From the NCBI GenBank assembly GCA_965204725.1, contig OZ242005.1, forward strand, positions 3,680,001 through 3,744,000: DNA of 64,000 bases. Direction: 5' to 3'. The notes beneath the pieces are model-generated. The model saw only the letters and a program-made list of their open reading frames with translations. It did no database searches and was not told the origin of the DNA. Shown here piece after piece: positions 59,540-64,000 of this stretch. This stretch comes from Candidatus Latescibacterota bacterium (GTDB lineage: Bacteria; Latescibacterota; UBA2968; UBA8231). Position 1 is the stretch's first letter, and the number at the start of each line of letters is the position of its first letter. The position numbers and the translations under genes were made by a program.

Positions 59540-60859
59540 ATGCGACGTCTTATTTATACACTCCTAATTCTGTCGGCTGGCAGTGCTCAAGCACAGACCG
59601 TCTATCGCGTCCACCTCAAGCTAGAGGGCATGATTGACCCCGGTGTGGCGGCCTTTGTCGAGCGCGTGATCGTCGATGCGGCCGAGGCCGATGCGGCCGC
59701 CATCATCTTTGAGATCGACACCTTTGGCGGGCGCGTTGATGCGGCCACTGTGATTCGCGACGCCATCCTCGACGCTGAGACCTTGACCATCGCCTTTATC
59801 AACAAGCGGGCGATTTCGGCCGGGGCACTCATCTCGCTAGCCTGCGATAAGATCGTCATGACGCAAGCCTCCACCATGGGCGCGACCACTCCGGTTGACG
59901 CTACGGGCACCAAGGCCAGCGACAAGGTGACCTCGTACATGCGCGCCGAGATGCGCGCTACGGCCGAGCGCACCGGCCGCAACATCAAGATCGCCGAGGC
60001 CATGGTAGATGAGCGCGTTGAGGTCCCGGGCCTGAGTGCCGAAGCGGGCCGGCCGGCCACCTTGACCACCGAGCAGGCACTCAACTACCAGATGGCCGAC
60101 GAGACGGCCGAGACGCTGGTTGAGCTGTTGCGCATCTACGATCTAGGCGAGGCCGAAATCGTGGAAGTCGAGCTCAACTGGGCCGAGCACGTCTTGCGCC
60201 TGCTGACCCACCCCATTGTCACTTCGATTTTGCTCGCCGTAGCCATGTTTGGCTTAATCGCCGAGGTCCGCACCCCCGGTTGGGGCTTGGGCGGTACGCT
60301 CGCACTGGTCGCGCTGGGCCTTTTCTTTGGCAGCCATTTGATCGTCCACTTGGCAAAGTGGCAGGAGCTCGCGCTCTTTGCTCTGGGCGCGACGCTTTTG
60401 GTCGTCGAGCTAGTCGCCATTCCGGGCTTTGGCATTGTGGGCGTGTTGGGTATCGGGGCGATGATTGCAAGCGTGGTGATTACCCAACTGGGCGATTTTC
60501 AGTTGTGGAGCTTCGACGAAATCGTCTCGGTGATAGGGCGGCTCGCCGGCTCGATGATCGGCGCGTTTGTACTCTCGCTCATCGTTTTGCGCTCCCTGCC
60601 TAAGTTCGCCGTCTTCAACCGCCTAGTCCTCCACAACGAAATCAAGGCCGCCGACGGGTACACTTCCTCCTCGCGGACGACCGACGAGGATCTGTTGGGC
60701 AAGGAGGGGGTCACGGTCAGCTACCTGCGGCCCTCCGGGATAGCCCTGTTTGAGGGCCGGCGGCTCACAGTGATTGCCGAGGGCGAATTCATTGAGGCGC
60801 AGCGGCCCATTAAGGTAGTCGAAGCCCGCGGTAGTCGGGTGGTGGTGAAGGCACTATGA
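59540..60859 (+). CDS. Long NfeD (ClpP-like domain + TM + OB fold; YqeZ-like)
   Basis: IDTFGG, AISAGA and LRPSG motifs. Confidence 0.9.
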   Translation: MRRLIYTLLILSAGSAQAQTVYRVHLKLEGMIDPGVAAFVERVIVDAAEADAAAIIFEIDTFGGRVDAATVIRDAILDAETLTIAFINKRAISAGALISLACDKIVMTQASTMGATTPVDATGTKASDKVTSYMRAEMRATAERTGRNIKIAEAMVDERVEVPGLSAEAGRPATLTTEQALNYQMADETAETLVELLRIYDLGEAEIVEVELNWAEHVLRLLTHPIVTSILLAVAMFGLIAEVRTPGWGLGGTLALVALGLFFGSHLIVHLAKWQELALFALGATLLVVELVAIPGFGIVGVLGIGAMIASVVITQLGDFQLWSFDEIVSVIGRLAGSMIGAFVLSLIVLRSLPKFAVFNRLVLHNEIKAADGYTSSSRTTDEDLLGKEGVTVSYLRPSGIALFEGRRLTVIAEGEFIEAQRPIKVVEARGSRVVVKAL

Positions 60860-61365
60860 GCTTTCTCGGGGGGGAGGTATTGGAATGGGTTTATTCGCTG
60901 GCCCTGCTCGTGCTCGGGTTTGCGCTGGTGCTCTTGGAAATTTTCGTGATTCCGGGGCTTAACATCTTCGGCGTCGTCGGTTTTCTGACCGCCGTCGCCG
61001 GCATTGGCTATGCTTATGTAAACATGGGCAGCTTGGCGGCTGGAGTCGTGGCGGGCTTGGGGCTTGTGGGGACTGCCATCCTAGTGAAATTGATGCTCAA
61101 GGTCCGCGCTTGGAACCGCTTGGTGCTCAACGATGGCATGACGCGCAAGGCCGGCTACGATTCGGTCAAGCCCGGCCGCGAGGCGTTGCTCGGGCAGACG
61201 GGCGAGGCGGTTACGACGCTGCGACCGGCCGGGCGGGCGCAATTTGGCGAACGGGTGGTCGACGTAGTCAGCGAAGGTGGTTATATTGAACGCGGCGAAC
61301 AGGTTGAGGTATTGAAAGTGGCTGGCAACAGAGTAGTCGTTCAGTCAGTTCGCTCCGAGCCTTAG
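60856..61365 (+). CDS. Short NfeD family protein
   Basis: TM segments followed by LRPAG...DVVSEG OB fold. Confidence 0.85.
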   Translation: MSFLGGEVLEWVYSLALLVLGFALVLLEIFVIPGLNIFGVVGFLTAVAGIGYAYVNMGSLAAGVVAGLGLVGTAILVKLMLKVRAWNRLVLNDGMTRKAGYDSVKPGREALLGQTGEAVTTLRPAGRAQFGERVVDVVSEGGYIERGEQVEVLKVAGNRVVVQSVRSEP

Positions 61366-61389
61366 TTTATTCCCTTCAAGGAGCTAATA

Positions 61390-62370
61390 ATGGAAGTCCT
61401 ATTTTTGGTCTTGGCGCTTTTTGGCATCATCGTCTTTTTGTCGCTCTTTACTTATTTCATTCCGGTGGGGCTGTGGATTTCGGCCTATTTCGCCGGAGTC
61501 AAGGTGGGGATCTTCAAGGACCTAGTGGGTATGCGACTGCGCAAGGTGCCACCGCGCCAGATCGTCGGCCCCAAGATCAGCGCCACGAAGGCCGGGTTGG
61601 ATGTCGGCTTAGAGAGCATGGAAGCTCACTACTTGGCCGGCGGCAACGTCAACGCGGTGATTTTGGCCCTGATCTCGGCCGACAAAGCCAACATCGACCT
61701 GAGTTTTGAGCGTGCGGCCAGCATTGACTTGGCTGGTCGAGACGTGCTCGACGCGGTCAAGGTCAGCGTCAATCCCAAGGTGATCAACACGCCCCTGATT
61801 GCGGCAATCGCCAAAGACGGCATTCAGGTTAAGGCCACCTGCCGAGTGACCGTGCGCGCCAATATCGACCGCTTGGTCGGCGGTGCTGGCGAGGAGACGA
61901 TCATCGCCCGCGTCGGCGAGGGGATCGTTACCACCATTGGTTCGGCTACGACGCACAAAGAGGTGCTCGAAAATCCCGATCTGATCTCCCGACGGGTGCT
62001 GGAAAAGGGCCTCGACTCAGAAACGGCCTTTGAGATCCTCTCCATTGACATCGCCGATGTTGACGTTGGCGAAAACATCGGCGCCAAGCTACAGACCGAT
62101 CAGGCGGATGCCGATCTCAAAATCGCCCAAGCCAAGGCCGAGGAACGCCGGGCCATGGCCCAAGCGCGCGAGCAGGAGATGACCGCTCAAGTGGTAGAGA
62201 TGGAGTCGCGCGTCAAGGAAGCCGAGGCCGAAGTGCCGCGCGCCATGGCCGAAGCCTTCCGCGAGGGCAACCTGGGAGTGATGGACTACTACCGCATGCG
62301 GAATATCCAAGCCGACACGGATATGCGCGACTCGATTTCCGAAGGCGACGGGGAACGCGACAACAACTAG
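61390..62370 (+). CDS. floA: Flotillin-like protein FloA (YqfA)
   Basis: [28 protein letters not shown] and [11 protein letters not shown] motifs. Confidence 0.93.
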   Translation: MEVLFLVLALFGIIVFLSLFTYFIPVGLWISAYFAGVKVGIFKDLVGMRLRKVPPRQIVGPKISATKAGLDVGLESMEAHYLAGGNVNAVILALISADKANIDLSFERAASIDLAGRDVLDAVKVSVNPKVINTPLIAAIAKDGIQVKATCRVTVRANIDRLVGGAGEETIIARVGEGIVTTIGSATTHKEVLENPDLISRRVLEKGLDSETAFEILSIDIADVDVGENIGAKLQTDQADADLKIAQAKAEERRAMAQAREQEMTAQVVEMESRVKEAEAEVPRAMAEAFREGNLGVMDYYRMRNIQADTDMRDSISEGDGERDNN

Positions 62371-62373
62371 TCC

Positions 62374-62847
62374 ATGGAACTCCTACTCTTTACCCTCGCC
62401 ATCCTGTTCAGCGTGTTTTCGGCGCTGATGGAGCGTCGCAAGCGCCGCAGACGGCTCGAAGAGGCCCAACAACAGCACGCCGAGGTCCATCCGGCCAAGC
62501 CCGTTGTCGCCGAGCCGGAGAAGGAGGAAGAGCCGACCTTTGGGTGGCCGTTTGACGGCGATCCTTTTGAGGAGCCGGTTCCAGCGGAGGTTGAGGTTGA
62601 TCCCGTCGAGGCTGAACGGGAGGCACTAGAAGCCGAGCGCGAGGCCCTAGCGGTTGAGCGGCGCACTGCGGCGGCCGAGAGGCAGGCCATGGAGCGGCTG
62701 ATGGAGACTAGGCCTCAGGATTCAGGCGAGGAGCGCCAGCCCCGTCGCACCCGGAACCACTGGTTCCTCAATCCGCAGACGGCGCGCGACGCGATCATCT
62801 ACATGGAAATCCTCAGCAAGCCTAAGAGCGAGCGCGAGGAGTGGTAA
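62374..62847 (+). CDS. Hypothetical membrane-anchored protein (YqfB-like position)
   Basis: N-terminal TM segment, acidic linker, C-terminal AIIYMEILSKPKS motif. Confidence 0.7.
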   Translation: MELLLFTLAILFSVFSALMERRKRRRRLEEAQQQHAEVHPAKPVVAEPEKEEEPTFGWPFDGDPFEEPVPAEVEVDPVEAEREALEAEREALAVERRTAAAERQAMERLMETRPQDSGEERQPRRTRNHWFLNPQTARDAIIYMEILSKPKSEREEW

Positions 62848-62855
62848 ATGGTATA

Positions 62856-62942
62856 GCCGGAGTGGCGGAATTGGTAGACGCGCTGGATTCAAAATCCTGT
62901 ATCCGCAAGGGTGTGTGGGTTCGAGTCCCACCTCCGGCACCA
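62856..62942 (+). tRNA. tRNA-Leu(CAA)
   Basis: GCCGGAG/CTCCGGC acceptor stem, TGGTAGAC D-loop, CAA anticodon, long variable arm, GTTCGAG T-loop, encoded CCA. Confidence 0.93.
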
Positions 62943-62960
62943 TTTTTATAATCACTGCAC

Positions 62961-62992
62961 GCTAGCGATGCGGAGCCGCTCGCATCGCTAGC
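62961..62992. terminator. Hairpin after the tRNA
   Basis: 12-bp perfect stem GCTAGCGATGCG/CGCATCGCTAGC; no clear U-tract. Confidence 0.4.
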
Positions 62993-63106
62993 ACCATCCT
63001 TATCTCTTTGTACCTCATGGGCCGCGCAACCTTGCCTTCCTTTTCTTCATCCGTCGAAAGCTCAATTTTTCGCACGTACTCAAGCCCCGAAAGGAGATAA
63101 ACCGCC

Positions 63107-63265
63107 GTGCAATCTCCAGAAATAAGGCGTCTCCTCGACATCATCTCGGTACTCGTTCTGCTGATTGTAGTTCCGGCGTACCTCTTCTGCCGCTTGGGAC
63201 TCGTTCTGCTGATTGCCGTTCCGACGGCGTACCTCTTCTGCCGCCTAAAGTCACACGCAGACTAA
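63107..63265 (+). CDS. Putative 52-aa membrane peptide with an internal duplication
   Basis: AAGGAG RBS and GTG start; MQSPEIRRLLDIISVLVLLIVVPAYLFCRLGLVLLIAVPTAYLFCRLKSHAD*. Confidence 0.45.
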   Translation: MQSPEIRRLLDIISVLVLLIVVPAYLFCRLGLVLLIAVPTAYLFCRLKSHAD

Positions 63266-63277
63266 CGGGACGACGCC

Positions 63278-64000
63278 GTGAAAAAGCTAAAAGGCCAAAC
63301 GCGCACCGCGCCGCCGCTATGGGCGGTCTTGCAGCGGCGACTGATCGACGCTATCGACGAGGCGGCCCCGATTTTTTTGCAGAAGTACACCCGCCCCGGC
63401 GGCAGCCTGATATGGAAGGAAGAATACCCCGGCGACGGGGTCTGGGCCGACGACCTGTACGAGGCATTCTTCAATTGGCCTCACTACTATGCCCTAGGCG
63501 GCAGCGAGTACACAGGCGTCAAGGCCCTAGAGGAGTGGAACGCCATTACTCGGCAGCTAGAGCACGACTACGGCCGCGTTACCCGAGAGTTTATCAACGA
63601 CGACGACTGGTTCCACAACGCCGAAAACTACATCTACTTCTACCACTTGGGGATGGCCGACCCGACCAACGCCGACACGCGCCGCCGGGCGCAGCGCTTT
63701 GCCGGATTGTACTTGAACGACGACCCCGCCGTGCCCAACTACGACTCCGAGCACCGCATCGTGCGCTCGCCCTGTAGCGGCAGCAAGGGGCCACTCTTCC
63801 AAATGCGGCGCGGCGAAATCCACTACGACCTCACCCACGATCACGCCACGCTGGGGCCGAGCTTTGATTTGCCCGCTAACTGGTGGGAAGACCCCGAGAC
63901 CAAACGCCGCGTTGAGGAGCGATTTGACCAAGTGGTCATGCAGGGCGACGTGACCGTCAACCTAGGGGTCGCCTCACTAGTGGCAACGGCCTTTCTCCAC
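63278..64000 (+). CDS. Conserved hypothetical protein, runs off the window end
   Basis: Open frame from GTG 63278: MKKLKGQ...DDLYEAFFNWP..YALGG...DWFH...RFAGLY...GSKGP. Confidence 0.75.
   Translation, partial: MKKLKGQTRTAPPLWAVLQRRLIDAIDEAAPIFLQKYTRPGGSLIWKEEYPGDGVWADDLYEAFFNWPHYYALGGSEYTGVKALEEWNAITRQLEHDYGRVTREFINDDDWFHNAENYIYFYHLGMADPTNADTRRRAQRFAGLYLNDDPAVPNYDSEHRIVRSPCSGSKGPLFQMRRGEIHYDLTHDHATLGPSFDLPANWWEDPETKRRVEERFDQVVMQGDVTVNLGVASLVATAFLH

Noticed and set aside
62856-64000. tRNA-Leu as the attachment site of an integrated element
   Set aside because: No integrase and no duplicate of the tRNA 3' end within the window; an element beyond the edge cannot be excluded.

Overview
GC-rich bacterial chromosomal window. 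The gene content (several secreted proteins with FlgD/T9SS-like C-terminal tails, many Gfo/Idh/MocA-type and TIM-barrel catabolic enzymes, NfeD-FloA) resembles Latescibacterota-like FCB-group bacteria; this taxonomy is inference only. Most of the window is ordinary metabolism and housekeeping (DAHP synthase, fhs, hrpA, ABC exporter, tRNA-Leu), with four intact toxin-antitoxin pairs. The most unusual part is about 14.1-27.2 kb. There, a large secreted Ig/Calx-beta-like protein occurs as one full gene, one 5'-truncated paralog and one 3' stub. These are interleaved with five paralogs of a membrane-anchored coiled-coil gene built from three QG-initiated modules (7, 11 and 18 aa) in different orders. 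Three of these genes keep a full conserved leader with a covarying hairpin. The locus also holds a foreign Ser/Thr kinase, gene scraps, REP-like palindromes and a MITE-like element. Across the window, CCWGG looks strongly depleted and CTAG/CCAAG enriched. No CRISPR array, reverse transcriptase, integrase or intact transposase was seen. All comparisons and counts were made by eye.
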